Below, in pieces: positions 44,126 through 54,131 of a stretch of 64,000 bases of DNA. This stretch comes from Candidatus Magasanikiibacteriota bacterium. GTDB taxonomy: Bacteria > Patescibacteriota > Patescibacteriia > Magasanikbacterales > 2-02-FULL-50-9b. Numbering within the stretch: position 1 is the first letter of the stretch; every line of letters begins with the position of its first letter. The stretch covers positions 6,072 through 70,071 of the forward strand of contig JAHFHU010000001.1 in NCBI GenBank assembly GCA_023246755.1. The letters are read 5' to 3'. The notes beneath the pieces were generated by a model. It saw only the letters and a program-made list of their open reading frames with translations, did no database searches and was not told the DNA's origin. Position numbers and translations under genes: made by a program.

Positions 44126-45934
44126 TTACATCGAACGTTCTCGCGAAATCTCCAAAAGCCACGCCTCACATTCTTCGGCGCGCATCACCTTCATTTCTTT
44201 GCTCCCGCGCGCACGAATTTGCCACGGCTCACCACTCATTTCTTTGTCGCCAAAAACAACCGAGAGCGGAATCTTTTCCGTTTCCGCACGACGAACTTTC
44301 GCACCAATCGTTGCAGCGTCGGCGTCAACTTCAACGCGCAAACCCGCAGCGCGCAACTGACGCGCGACTGCAAACGCGGCGTCTGCGTGCTTATCCGCAA
44401 CCGCAAGCAGCCGCACCTGCACCGGCGCAAGCCACACCGGAAACACACCCGCATAATGTTCGATAATCACACTCATAAACCGCTCAATTGAACCCATGAT
44501 CGCGCAATGGATCATCATAATCGGCTCTTTCTCGCCCGCTTCATTCACGCACGTCAACCCAAAATTGCGCGGTTGATTAAAATCCAGCTGAATTGTCGCA
44601 ACCTGCCACACACGACCGATCGAGTCTTTGGCCATAAAATCAATTTTCGGCCCGTAAAACGCCGCCTCACCAACGCCATCGATCCATTCAACTTTTTTAT
44701 CTTCCAAAATTTCGCGCAGCGCGGTTTCGGCTTTGTCCCAATCTTCGGGCGCACCCAAATATTTTTCCGCAGCCGATGGATCACGGCGCGACAAACGTGG
44801 TTTTAACTCGAAACCGAACGCCTGATAAAATTTTTGAATAATCTCCCACACAATTTCAGCCTCGCCCCGAACTTGCGACACGCGACAAAAAACGTGCGCA
44901 TCATCTTGCGTGATCGACAACACACGCGACAAACCGGACAACTCACCCGATTGCTCGTCGCGATACACCATCGTTGTTTCGGCAAAACGCACCGGCAATT
45001 CGCGATACGACCGCTGCTCGCTCGCATAAATTTGCGTGTGATGCGGACAGTTCATCGGCTTCATCGCAAACAAATGATCCTCGCGCGTTGTAATCTTAAA
45101 AAGATCCTGCGCATATTTTGCCCAATGCCCCGACGTTTCGTATAAATCTTTTTTTGTGATGTGCGGAATCGTCACACGCTCATAACCATGCGGCCGACGC
45201 AAACTCCACACAAAATCGTTGAGCAACTCGCGCATCACCGTCCCCTTCGGTGTCCAGAGTGGCAACCCGGGCCCCACCAAATCCGAAAATACAAACAAAC
45301 CGAGCTCACGCCCGAGTTTGCGGTGGTCGCGCTTTTCCGCCTCCTCTTGTTGGCGCACAAATTCTTCGAGCTCCGCGGCGCTCGCAAACGCCAACCCATA
45401 CACGCGGGTCAGCTGATCATTCTCCGCCTTCCCGCGCCAATATGCGCCCGCGAGTTTCGTCAATTTGAACGCGCCGATCTCTTTGGTCGACGCAACATGC
45501 GGCCCGCGACACAGATCAACAAAATCTCCGGTTTCATAAATGCTCGCGATCATCGGCGCGGCCGGATCAAAATCCTGCAACTCCTCATCTTTCAAATTCG
45601 TCGTGCCGCGCGATTTCAAATCGGAGAGCAATTCAACTTTATAGCCCTGCCCCCGACCACGAAAAAATTCAATCGCCTCGTCAATCGGCATCTCGCGGCG
45701 CGTAAACGCACTGCCGCGACCAACAATCTCACGCATCTTCGCCTCAACGAGCACCAAATCATCCGGCCCAAGCGGCGTCACCGTTTTCATGTCGTAATAA
45801 AAACCGTTCTCAATCACCGGTCCAACACCAAATTGCGTTCCCGGAAACAACTCAGCAACAGCCGCTGCCAAAACATGCGCGGTCGAGTGGCGCATCGCAT
45901 CAATCGGTTCAAAATCTTGTGGGAGTTTAGCCAT
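44126..45934 (-). CDS. thrS: Threonine--tRNA ligase
   Basis: RHS.AH, DLCRGPH, RDHRKLG, KPMNCP, AFYGPKID, HCA..GS.ERF. Confidence 0.97.
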   Translation of the reverse strand: MAKLPQDFEPIDAMRHSTAHVLAAAVAELFPGTQFGVGPVIENGFYYDMKTVTPLGPDDLVLVEAKMREIVGRGSAFTRREMPIDEAIEFFRGRGQGYKVELLSDLKSRGTTNLKDEELQDFDPAAPMIASIYETGDFVDLCRGPHVASTKEIGAFKLTKLAGAYWRGKAENDQLTRVYGLAFASAAELEEFVRQQEEAEKRDHRKLGRELGLFVFSDLVGPGLPLWTPKGTVMRELLNDFVWSLRRPHGYERVTIPHITKKDLYETSGHWAKYAQDLFKITTREDHLFAMKPMNCPHHTQIYASEQRSYRELPVRFAETTMVYRDEQSGELSGLSRVLSITQDDAHVFCRVSQVRGEAEIVWEIIQKFYQAFGFELKPRLSRRDPSAAEKYLGAPEDWDKAETALREILEDKKVEWIDGVGEAAFYGPKIDFMAKDSIGRVWQVATIQLDFNQPRNFGLTCVNEAGEKEPIMMIHCAIMGSIERFMSVIIEHYAGVFPVWLAPVQVRLLAVADKHADAAFAVARQLRAAGLRVEVDADAATIGAKVRRAETEKIPLSVVFGDKEMSGEPWQIRARGSKEMKVMRAEECEAWLLEISRERSM

Positions 45935-45945
45935 ACAAAAACGCA

Positions 45946-45972
45946 AATAGCGTGAGGTTAAGTCACGCTATT
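45946..45972. promoter_or_regulatory. Perfect 10-bp-arm palindrome overlapping the probable thrS promoter (terminator or operator)
   Basis: AATAGCGTGA-GGTTAAG-TCACGCTATT; minus-strand TTGACA-N18-TACAAT adjoins it. Confidence 0.5.
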
Positions 45973-45999
45973 GTACGAGTTTTTTATGTCTGCTGTCAA

Positions 46000-48900
46000 T
46001 TACGAACCGACCTCATCTTTTTTCTTGAGTTCAGCAACGTCCTCGTTCACACGATCAACTACATTTTGGCGATCTGCGTCATTAGGCAACTTTAACGCGC
46101 GGACCTCTGTTCGAGCGGCCACGTCCGGAGAAAGCCCTTCAAGAAGTTTTTTTATTCGACGCTCAACGCCAATCTGCGTTCTGTCGCGAGCACCCTTCAT
46201 GATATCTGATTTAAGAAAGGCATCATCATAGGCTACGTGAAGTAATTTTCCATCCTTTTTCGGCATTGCTTGAATATGAGACGCTAACCTACCAATTAAA
46301 TTCGCTTTACCGATGGTAAATCCGTCAAACGCCGCTTCTGAAGAGGTGAGATTAAACCGCACACTGCTCGGATTATCTTGCCATCGCCCGATCGATTCCT
46401 CTGGTTTTTCAGTCGCCGATATTTCAGCCGCGACATCTGTCACAGGAGCAACAGGCGCCGCCTTTGGACCTAATTCGATTACCGCCGCGCTGATGTCATC
46501 TGGTTTGCTTCGGAAGGATTTTTCTTTGCTCCGTGCCGCGGCCTCCTCAACAAGTGCTCGAGCCGGATCAGCGCTATTATCGATAACCGTTTCAATAATC
46601 TCAAAATCAGTTAAATTGTCGCCAACGCCATCGGTCATGAGCAAGAGACGGGAAACACCCGCAGGTAATTCGATAATTCGGATATTTGGCGCAAAATTAT
46701 TACCCGAACGCCCACTCTTACCACTTCCAATACCCAAATAACTCCCAATCACATTACGTACGCCCCATGCATCTTCCACCTCCTCAGAAAGGAGATCGCC
46801 CGAAGATGACGCGGTTCGCATACGCTGTTCAATCGCCCACTTCGCTGAAATTTCACTTGCAGGTGTTGTGCGAGTAATCAAATCTGACGTGAGTGGTGTT
46901 AATCTGTTTTTGTCATCGAGCACATACACGCGCGAGTCACCGACAGCCGCAACTGCTGCATACGCCTTATTATTCTCCATAAACGGAATTGCGATCGCCG
47001 CCGTTGTTCCGCCCTGTGGTAAGCCCGCATTTCTCAAATTATCAACAACTTCAGCCTGAACATCAGCGAACGCCTGATCAAGCGCAGCAGAAAGCTCCTT
47101 GGCTGACCCGCCGCGCGCAACAACATCGCGCAGACCGGCTGCTCGTTTCTGAAATGCCTCTGCTGCAAATGTCGACGCCTCTTTACCACCGGCGTACCCA
47201 CCCATACCATCAAACATGCCATAAACTTCATTCGCGCGATCAATGAACTGACTATCTTCGTTCTTACCCTTTCCTTTTGTCGAATCAGTATGTTCAAATA
47301 CTTGGCGCACCAAAATTTCACCCTCACCCGGCCCTCTCGTTTCAACCAAATCCGGAACAATTGGTTTAATTTCAGGCTTTAATTTTGTTTGTGCGTCCGG
47401 CGCAGCGCGCTCCGCAGCAAGTGCCGCCTCTCTCGCCGACACTGCCGCACGACGCTGACGTGCAATCTCTCCTTCACCCGGAACGCGGTACATCGATTCG
47501 CGCAATTCGTTGGTTATCGCATCAACATTCGTACCCCCAACAATAACGCGATACATCACCCGTTCGCCGGTTTCCCGCGCAACGTGTTGGATCAGTTTTT
47601 CAATATTTTTTGTGAAAAACGCTACCGCATCGTCGGTTGTTTTGATTTCTGCGCGACCCTCAACTTTTTTGCCAATCATTCTCTGAACATAACTCTCATC
47701 AAGCACATACACAACTGGCTCTTGCGTTCCTGTCTGGGTTCCTGCAGCTAATCGTGCAACTTCCATCTGCTTAAATTGATTTCCATCAAATTCACCAACG
47801 CCAACTAACTGTTGACGAACAGGTAGCGCTTCAATCCGTTCTCCACGAAGTGCTAGCACTTGATACTCTTTTTCCGGCGGTGCATCGGGTGGAGTCACCA
47901 CAACGCCGTTGCGCAAACTTTTTTCAGATACGAATTTAACAGCAACTCCATACGCCGCAAACTTTTTCGTGAATTCTGGGCCGAACACTTGAGCCACCAG
48001 CTGTTCCGTTGTCTGATGTTTTGCAAGTGACGCAGCGCTCACCGCAATCATTAACAGTTCCGGACGTGGCTTTGCAACCGCAAGACGTTGTTCAAATTCA
48101 TCAATCGAGTGAACGCCGCCATGAACACCCTCAAAAGAAAAGCCGCCATCTTGTGCACCCTGCCCAGATTCTGCGATATTGAAAACAAATCCGTCACCCC
48201 ATTTGAGCGGCTCACGAATTTCTCGAGCGCGCGCTTCCGTCAATTTTTCACGAATTATCTCCGGATCATTGGACGACAGTGGATTATCTTTGTTGCTTGC
48301 CACATACGAATCAACTGCCCCATCCATCCATTTTTTGAACTGCGCGTCTTCCACATATTGACGCCCTGTCTGCTCATGTTTCCCACTCAAAACCGTATCA
48401 AAATCAGCGCTTTCAACTAATTTACGGCTCAACTCCTCTTGCGCCTTAAACATTTCTGGCGTTAAGGGGCCACGAGGCGTGCGCTCACCTTTTTGTTTGC
48501 TCTGTTCATCAAGTTTTGGAACTTCCATCGGATCACGCGGCGTCCACGGAATCGGAAAAATAAACGGAATGTCATCACTACCACTCGTTGGAGCTGACGG
48601 AATCGTCGCCGGGGTCTCTTGCCAATCATAAAAGTCTTGCGTCACATCCTTATTCGAGTGCATCAAACGGAACAAACTCGATCTGTGCGCGACAACGCCC
48701 GCGCCGTCGCCATGACGTGTAGCGGTAGCGAGTGTGTGATAGCCCGCGCCGTCGTCAGACGGAATAACTGCTTCAACCGTTGCTTTCAAATCTCCGTGAT
48801 CATCAAACAACACGTTGTACAGCTCGTCACCCGGCTTGATATTGAGCACGCCATCCGGGCCAACCGGCAACTCAAAACTTTCGCCCGAATGCCAATAATT

Positions 48901-51900
48901 TTGACCGACGAACACACGCAACCGAAATTTCGATGCGGCCTCCGCAAACGCTTTGCTCTCAACTTTGTTACTAATGTCACCAAATTTATTATCGATCGAG
49001 CCGTCAGAATTCACTTTGCCCCCAATTGCATTTTTGATCATTTCCTTGATCGACAATGTTCGCGCGCTCGACGTGCCATCGAGTTTCAACTGCAATTCTT
49101 TGCCGTCAGCACCGACCCAACGCCCACCAACATGCTCAACCTTAAAATGTGGATCAGCTTCGTATTGATGGAGATATTTTGGATCAGGCCACGAATCAAC
49201 TTTAAACGAGTGCGGCCCCAGCGTATTTGGACCCTTTGGCATCGGAAGATCACCGGTTTTGTCCGTCACCACCCAATGTGCACCAACTTTGTGCATCGGA
49301 GTTCCGTTGCTGTGCCAATCGAGGCGATGTGCTTTCGATTGACCCATGTGTTCGCGCAAAAACTTCGTGAGCCCATCTCTCGTGTACGACGTCTTATCGA
49401 TGTGGACTTCCTCACGCAACATCCAACCGTGCTGTCGCAACAATGCTGCAGAAGCTGGCAACAATTTTCCATCCGGACCGACTTGAATTCCGCCTTCAAT
49501 CAACCTACCTGTTTTATCGGTAATATCAAATGTTCCGTCAACGTTTGGCTTAATATCCATGTTGTCCGGAATCTCAAAATTATTGGTCACCGCATGATTT
49601 CCAAACTCAACAGGTCGCAAAGTCCCTGAAAATTGATGCCCGGGGACATTTTGGGTTACATGTTCGATGTGACCGCCCCACTCGCTCATCGCATCTGCTT
49701 CTAATACTTTTCCATCCGGAGTCATGTGAAAAAGCGGGCTCACCGGCTTGCCAAAAAGCGTACAAATCCGCCCGCCACCATGTCCGTCAGAAACAAAGAT
49801 TCGGTCGCTTGGCAATCGAAGTATCCCTTTTTCAAACGGAACTTCATGAACACCACGCGGCGCATCCATAAACGAAAACAGTCCACCATGAACAGCAGCA
49901 GGTGCCGCCGGTGGCATCTCTGGCCCACCAAAATTAAATCCGAGCAACCGTTTTGTTGCGGACCATGTGTTACTTGCCCCGTTCAGAACGTAATTACCCG
50001 CAGCTTCTAACTGGTCATGAAACACATGACGCGCTCCCCACATCAACGCACCTGATGCCAAACCAATACTGCCCCCAATAAGTGCCTTGCGATTACTATT
50101 TTTGCTTAAATATTCAGCAAATGCGGTATCGCGCGCCGCAATATCATCAAGAATTTTTTGTTTTTCCGCATCAACTCGGCCCGCAAGCGATGGGTCTTTC
50201 ATCAAATTTGATTCACGGCCCAGTCGCTGAAACTGTCGTTTAATATCATCGATCGCATTCGCGAGCGATAAATCGCGCTCACCCTCTTCGGCGCTCACAT
50301 TAATCGTATCTTTTGCATGCTGCAAACGAACTTCGAGACGCGCATGTGTTTCCGCGATGAGCGTGAGTGCTGCCGCGCGCGCTTCTGGATTTGTTTCTTG
50401 ACCTGTGATCGCACGCAACTGTTCCAAAATTGTATCCGCATTTTTCATCTCTTGAACAAACTCGGACATTTTCTCCGCACGCGGACCACCCGGCGTTCGA
50501 CCAAGTGCGCGATCTCGCGCGACCATGCCACGATCTTGTTTCAACTCTTTGCTTGCACGAATTTTCGCAAACAACCCCGCAGCCAACGTTCCACCAACCA
50601 AACCCGCCGCAATTACCGCTGCAGGACCGCTCAAAACACCCGCACCCGCGATACCCATTGCCGCTGCACCCGTTGCTGCCCATCGAACGCCCGCGCGCGC
50701 TGCGATCGCACCAACAATACCCATCGTCACCGGATTTGCAACGACCGCACCGAGCACTTTGTTAACCGCCGTCGAACCCGTCATGTTTTGCAACCACGAA
50801 ACCGCGCGCTCGCCTCGGCTCATTTTTCCGGCTGGATCGCGCTCAACAACATCGCGCCCCCGTTTTGATAATTCAATATTCAAATCCAACTTGAGCATGC
50901 CTTTCACATAGCGCTTGATCGACTCCGGATCTTTCTCGCCATATTTTTCCTGCGCGGCCGTGATCATGTGGCTTACCTGCTCTTTATACGTCTCGGCCCA
51001 ATGAAACAAATTTGACGCATGCATTCGATTCTCTCGCTCGCTTGCCGTCGACCGACCGCCTTGCGCAAATTTTTTACCACCCATGAGCGGAATGATCTCT
51101 TCTTCAACACGTTTTTCAAATGCCGTTCGATCGCCGATGCCGCCGGTCGCATATTCAACAAACAACGCGCTCGCCGCATTGTTCAACGTTTCATCCGCGA
51201 CAAATTGATCGCCACGTTCTTCTTCATCATGAAGGTCGTCAGCAAAATGTCGGAGCACATCGTCAAATTGTGCGAGTGTCTCACGCGTGTGCGGGTCCGT
51301 CGACTCAACAGCACCACGACCAAACACGCGCGCTTCGAGCGACGCTTTCAAATTACGATTCGATTCAATCGCGTGGAGTGCATCGAGATAAAATTTCCGG
51401 CGATACGCATCTTCATTAATATGCGCAAACGCTTTTGAAAAAATTGCACCAACGCCTTTTCGATTCATGTACGCGCGCAACTTATTTTCCGCAACTAATT
51501 CCGCGAGCTGCTCGATCCACGCCGACAAATCAACGATACGAATATCCATTTTTTGCGGTTTGTTTTCGTAAATGCCCCCATGCATTTTCAATAAGTGCCG
51601 CAAACGCATCGTGCGCTCTTCTTCGGGCGTGATCGTATCCGCTTTATAACGCGAAGCTGGTTCGTTAACCCGAGGCGTTTCATCAATCGGCTGTGTGTTC
51701 ACCATGATCGGTTCAGGGCTGTTTTCGTTGGATGTGTTTTGTTGGACAGCTGCTGCTGCGGCTTCGGCAGCAGCCGCTTCCTGAGCTGCCTGCCGCGCGG
51801 CGAATGTTGCTAGTAAATCCGCGCGCGCCTGATCAGTATCTTTTTGGTCATTACCAGCTAATGGTTGCTCAGCTCGATCAGTCTTTTTAATTTTCTTCGG

Positions 51901-52317
51901 TTCGACAACTGGTTGTGGGTATCCATCCGGTCGCTTAATAAGATTGTGTTTCGGCTTCCGTGCACATCGTGTGAATGCGTCGAGATCAAGCTCTTTCGAC
52001 GCGAAAAAATCGACCCCGTTTGGAGCGGCTGTCGCGACAAGAATTTTTGGTTTTCCCCCGTCATCCGTTACACCAACGATACGCACGCCCTGATGCCACG
52101 ATCTATTTGAATAGAGATCGATCGCATCAAACAAGTTGAACGACATTTTTGCAAGAATTTCTTTGCCAGAATCCGTTACCTTCCCCTCAAGTTCACGCAT
52201 TTTATCCGCCGAAAATTTTGGAACAGGCATGAGATCGAGCGGCTTTCGATCTTGGTTTACAGGATCTGGTCGTTCTTGTGTTTTTGGTCTTCGATCTCCG
52301 TTTTTTGGTTCTCGCAT
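46000..52317 (-). CDS. Giant 2105-aa multidomain protein with hydrophobic Gly/Ala segments and a PP2C/PPM phosphatase domain
   Basis: NEDS, MFDGMGG, GGTTA, VGDSRVY, LLMTDGV, DDIS at ~46470-47310. Confidence 0.88.
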   Translation of the reverse strand: MREPKNGDRRPKTQERPDPVNQDRKPLDLMPVPKFSADKMRELEGKVTDSGKEILAKMSFNLFDAIDLYSNRSWHQGVRIVGVTDDGGKPKILVATAAPNGVDFFASKELDLDAFTRCARKPKHNLIKRPDGYPQPVVEPKKIKKTDRAEQPLAGNDQKDTDQARADLLATFAARQAAQEAAAAEAAAAAVQQNTSNENSPEPIMVNTQPIDETPRVNEPASRYKADTITPEEERTMRLRHLLKMHGGIYENKPQKMDIRIVDLSAWIEQLAELVAENKLRAYMNRKGVGAIFSKAFAHINEDAYRRKFYLDALHAIESNRNLKASLEARVFGRGAVESTDPHTRETLAQFDDVLRHFADDLHDEEERGDQFVADETLNNAASALFVEYATGGIGDRTAFEKRVEEEIIPLMGGKKFAQGGRSTASERENRMHASNLFHWAETYKEQVSHMITAAQEKYGEKDPESIKRYVKGMLKLDLNIELSKRGRDVVERDPAGKMSRGERAVSWLQNMTGSTAVNKVLGAVVANPVTMGIVGAIAARAGVRWAATGAAAMGIAGAGVLSGPAAVIAAGLVGGTLAAGLFAKIRASKELKQDRGMVARDRALGRTPGGPRAEKMSEFVQEMKNADTILEQLRAITGQETNPEARAAALTLIAETHARLEVRLQHAKDTINVSAEEGERDLSLANAIDDIKRQFQRLGRESNLMKDPSLAGRVDAEKQKILDDIAARDTAFAEYLSKNSNRKALIGGSIGLASGALMWGARHVFHDQLEAAGNYVLNGASNTWSATKRLLGFNFGGPEMPPAAPAAVHGGLFSFMDAPRGVHEVPFEKGILRLPSDRIFVSDGHGGGRICTLFGKPVSPLFHMTPDGKVLEADAMSEWGGHIEHVTQNVPGHQFSGTLRPVEFGNHAVTNNFEIPDNMDIKPNVDGTFDITDKTGRLIEGGIQVGPDGKLLPASAALLRQHGWMLREEVHIDKTSYTRDGLTKFLREHMGQSKAHRLDWHSNGTPMHKVGAHWVVTDKTGDLPMPKGPNTLGPHSFKVDSWPDPKYLHQYEADPHFKVEHVGGRWVGADGKELQLKLDGTSSARTLSIKEMIKNAIGGKVNSDGSIDNKFGDISNKVESKAFAEAASKFRLRVFVGQNYWHSGESFELPVGPDGVLNIKPGDELYNVLFDDHGDLKATVEAVIPSDDGAGYHTLATATRHGDGAGVVAHRSSLFRLMHSNKDVTQDFYDWQETPATIPSAPTSGSDDIPFIFPIPWTPRDPMEVPKLDEQSKQKGERTPRGPLTPEMFKAQEELSRKLVESADFDTVLSGKHEQTGRQYVEDAQFKKWMDGAVDSYVASNKDNPLSSNDPEIIREKLTEARAREIREPLKWGDGFVFNIAESGQGAQDGGFSFEGVHGGVHSIDEFEQRLAVAKPRPELLMIAVSAASLAKHQTTEQLVAQVFGPEFTKKFAAYGVAVKFVSEKSLRNGVVVTPPDAPPEKEYQVLALRGERIEALPVRQQLVGVGEFDGNQFKQMEVARLAAGTQTGTQEPVVYVLDESYVQRMIGKKVEGRAEIKTTDDAVAFFTKNIEKLIQHVARETGERVMYRVIVGGTNVDAITNELRESMYRVPGEGEIARQRRAAVSAREAALAAERAAPDAQTKLKPEIKPIVPDLVETRGPGEGEILVRQVFEHTDSTKGKGKNEDSQFIDRANEVYGMFDGMGGYAGGKEASTFAAEAFQKRAAGLRDVVARGGSAKELSAALDQAFADVQAEVVDNLRNAGLPQGGTTAAIAIPFMENNKAYAAVAAVGDSRVYVLDDKNRLTPLTSDLITRTTPASEISAKWAIEQRMRTASSSGDLLSEEVEDAWGVRNVIGSYLGIGSGKSGRSGNNFAPNIRIIELPAGVSRLLLMTDGVGDNLTDFEIIETVIDNSADPARALVEEAAARSKEKSFRSKPDDISAAVIELGPKAAPVAPVTDVAAEISATEKPEESIGRWQDNPSSVRFNLTSSEAAFDGFTIGKANLIGRLASHIQAMPKKDGKLLHVAYDDAFLKSDIMKGARDRTQIGVERRIKKLLEGLSPDVAARTEVRALKLPNDADRQNVVDRVNEDVAELKKKDEVGS

Positions 52318-52323
52318 AAAAAA

Positions 52324-52671
52324 TTAGTTGCTCGCGGCAGCGACAAACGTATCTTTAAAATTCAACATGGTTTGTGAAACAATCTCGACATTTCCCGGAA
52401 CGGCTAATTTCAAAAATCCGATGATTCGATCAGATGATGGGTTGGTTTCCATCATTTTTTCAAATTCATCGAACTTCTGCTGGTCGAGTTTGTCGAGCAA
52501 ATCAAGGATAATCTGTTGTTGTAAACGTGCCGCAAGTTCGCTCATCATCGTCGTGCGAAGCTCCGGGTTCTGGGGTGCGATTCCCGCGTCCTCAAGCATA
52601 CGACTCAAAAAATGTTCGACTTCGGGCGGAATGATAATTGCATCTGGATGCGTTGTTAAAGGTGCTGTCAT
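52324..52671 (-). CDS. Small acidic helical protein (DUF5663-like)
   Basis: FL..ML..AG, L..RL...I...LL..L...EF.KM, F..TF pattern; stop 6 nt before the giant gene's start. Confidence 0.7.
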   Translation of the reverse strand: MTAPLTTHPDAIIIPPEVEHFLSRMLEDAGIAPQNPELRTTMMSELAARLQQQIILDLLDKLDQQKFDEFEKMMETNPSSDRIIGFLKLAVPGNVEIVSQTMLNFKDTFVAAASN

Positions 52672-52777
52672 ACAAAATAAAAATTTGTATATAGTATACA
52701 GTTTTTGACATAATTTTGCTCTGTGCATAACTTGACACGCTCGAACGCCCATGCTAAACTGCCGACATTAAATTCTC

Positions 52778-52815
52778 GTGGGAAATCGTGGGTCACACGG
52801 TTGCTTGTACCACAC
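52778..52815 (+). promoter_or_regulatory. Putative L1-binding leader upstream of rplA
   Basis: GTGGGA...ACCAC flanks like L1 autoregulatory leaders; promoter TTGACA...TAAACT just upstream. Confidence 0.5.
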
Positions 52816-52827
52816 AAAAATCATTAT

Positions 52828-53514
52828 ATGGCCACCAAAGGCAAGACCTATCAGGCGTCAGCAAGTTTAGTCGACACAAAAAAAGTTTATTCCGTCGACG
52901 AGGCGCTCGAACTCATGGAAAAATTTCCAAAGCGCGCGTTTGACGAGACCGTCGAACTGCACATGCATCTCGGGATCGATCCAAAAAAAGGTGACCAGCA
53001 GGTGCGAACGACGCTCGTGCTCGCACATTCAGTCGGTAAGCCAAAGCGTATCATCGCATTTGTAACTGAAGGCGAAATGGCTGCCGCAAAAGAAGCGGGT
53101 GCAGATATCGTTGGTGGTGAAGATCTTGTTGAAGAAATTGTGAAGAGTGGAAAACTTGATTTTGATATCGCTGTCGCAACACCATCGATGATGCCGAAGC
53201 TTGCAAAACTTGCAAAGACTTTGGGCCCAAAAGGTTTGATGCCAAACCCAAAAACGGACACGGTTTCCGCGAACGTTACAAAAATGATCGGCGAACTTCG
53301 TCGCGGTAAGGTTGCGTTTAAAAATGATGACACGGCAAACGTGCACATCCCCGTCGGCAAACGTTCGCTTTCTGTTGAGCAGCTCAAAGAAAATATGGCG
53401 CTTGCAATCGAAGCGGTCAAACGCGCAAAACCAACGAGTTCAAAGGGTGTCTTCATCAAAAGCGCATTCATCGCAAGTACGATGAGCCCTGGAATCAAAA
53501 TTTCAATCGCATAA
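52828..53514 (+). CDS. rplA: 50S ribosomal protein L1
   Basis: FDETVE, LGIDP, DQQVR, LGPKGLMPNPK, STMSPG. Confidence 0.97.
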   Translation: MATKGKTYQASASLVDTKKVYSVDEALELMEKFPKRAFDETVELHMHLGIDPKKGDQQVRTTLVLAHSVGKPKRIIAFVTEGEMAAAKEAGADIVGGEDLVEEIVKSGKLDFDIAVATPSMMPKLAKLAKTLGPKGLMPNPKTDTVSANVTKMIGELRRGKVAFKNDDTANVHIPVGKRSLSVEQLKENMALAIEAVKRAKPTSSKGVFIKSAFIASTMSPGIKISIA

Positions 53515-53521
53515 ACTGCAC

Positions 53522-53597
53522 AATAAGATATCCTTCGTCTCGCGCGACCAAACCCACTGGGGTTCGGAAACCGCTCCACGGAGGATATTTTATTTTC
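53522..53597 (+). terminator. Long multi-stem hairpin after rplA
   Basis: AATAAGATATCCTTCGT / ACGGAGGATATTTTATT outer stem, inner AACCC/GGGTT. Confidence 0.55.
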
Positions 53598-53663
53598 CAA
53601 GAATTTAAAATTGCGACGTTTAAAAATTGCCTAAATTCAAACTTTTATTTACAATGCTGTCAT

Positions 53664-54131
53664 ATGACCGAACCAACACAACGCCCCTCGTGGGATCAGT
53701 ATTTCATGGACATCGCGCAGATGGTTGCGAAACGAAGTAATTGCTGTACACGACAAGTTGCCGCCGTCATCGTCAAAGACAAGCGGATCATTTCGACGGG
53801 CTACAACGGCACACCGCGCGGGACAAAAAATTGCGACGAGGGTGGATGCGCACGCTGTTGGGCGCGCGCACACGGAACGGTCGCGGCGGGAACGCAGCTC
53901 GATGAATGCACCTGTTCGCATGGAGAAGAAAACGCGATTGTACAGGCTTCATTCCACGGCGTCGCAATCAGCGGCGGCACGTTGTACACCACATTCAGCC
54001 CCTGCCTCATGTGCGCAAAAATGTGCATCAACGCGGGAATCGCGGAAATTGTTTTTGCCGCGGAATATCCGATGAACGAAACTGCGCAAAATTTGATTCA
54101 GCAAGCAGGACTCACCCTTCGAAAGCTATGA
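53664..54131 (+). CDS. dCMP deaminase (ComEB-like)
   Basis: RPSWD.YFM, TGYNG.P.G, HGEENA, PCLMC. Confidence 0.93.
   Translation: MTEPTQRPSWDQYFMDIAQMVAKRSNCCTRQVAAVIVKDKRIISTGYNGTPRGTKNCDEGGCARCWARAHGTVAAGTQLDECTCSHGEENAIVQASFHGVAISGGTLYTTFSPCLMCAKMCINAGIAEIVFAAEYPMNETAQNLIQQAGLTLRKL

Noticed and set aside
53550-53575. GGTTCG resembling a tRNA T-loop
   Set aside because: No cloverleaf, D-arm or acceptor stem can be built
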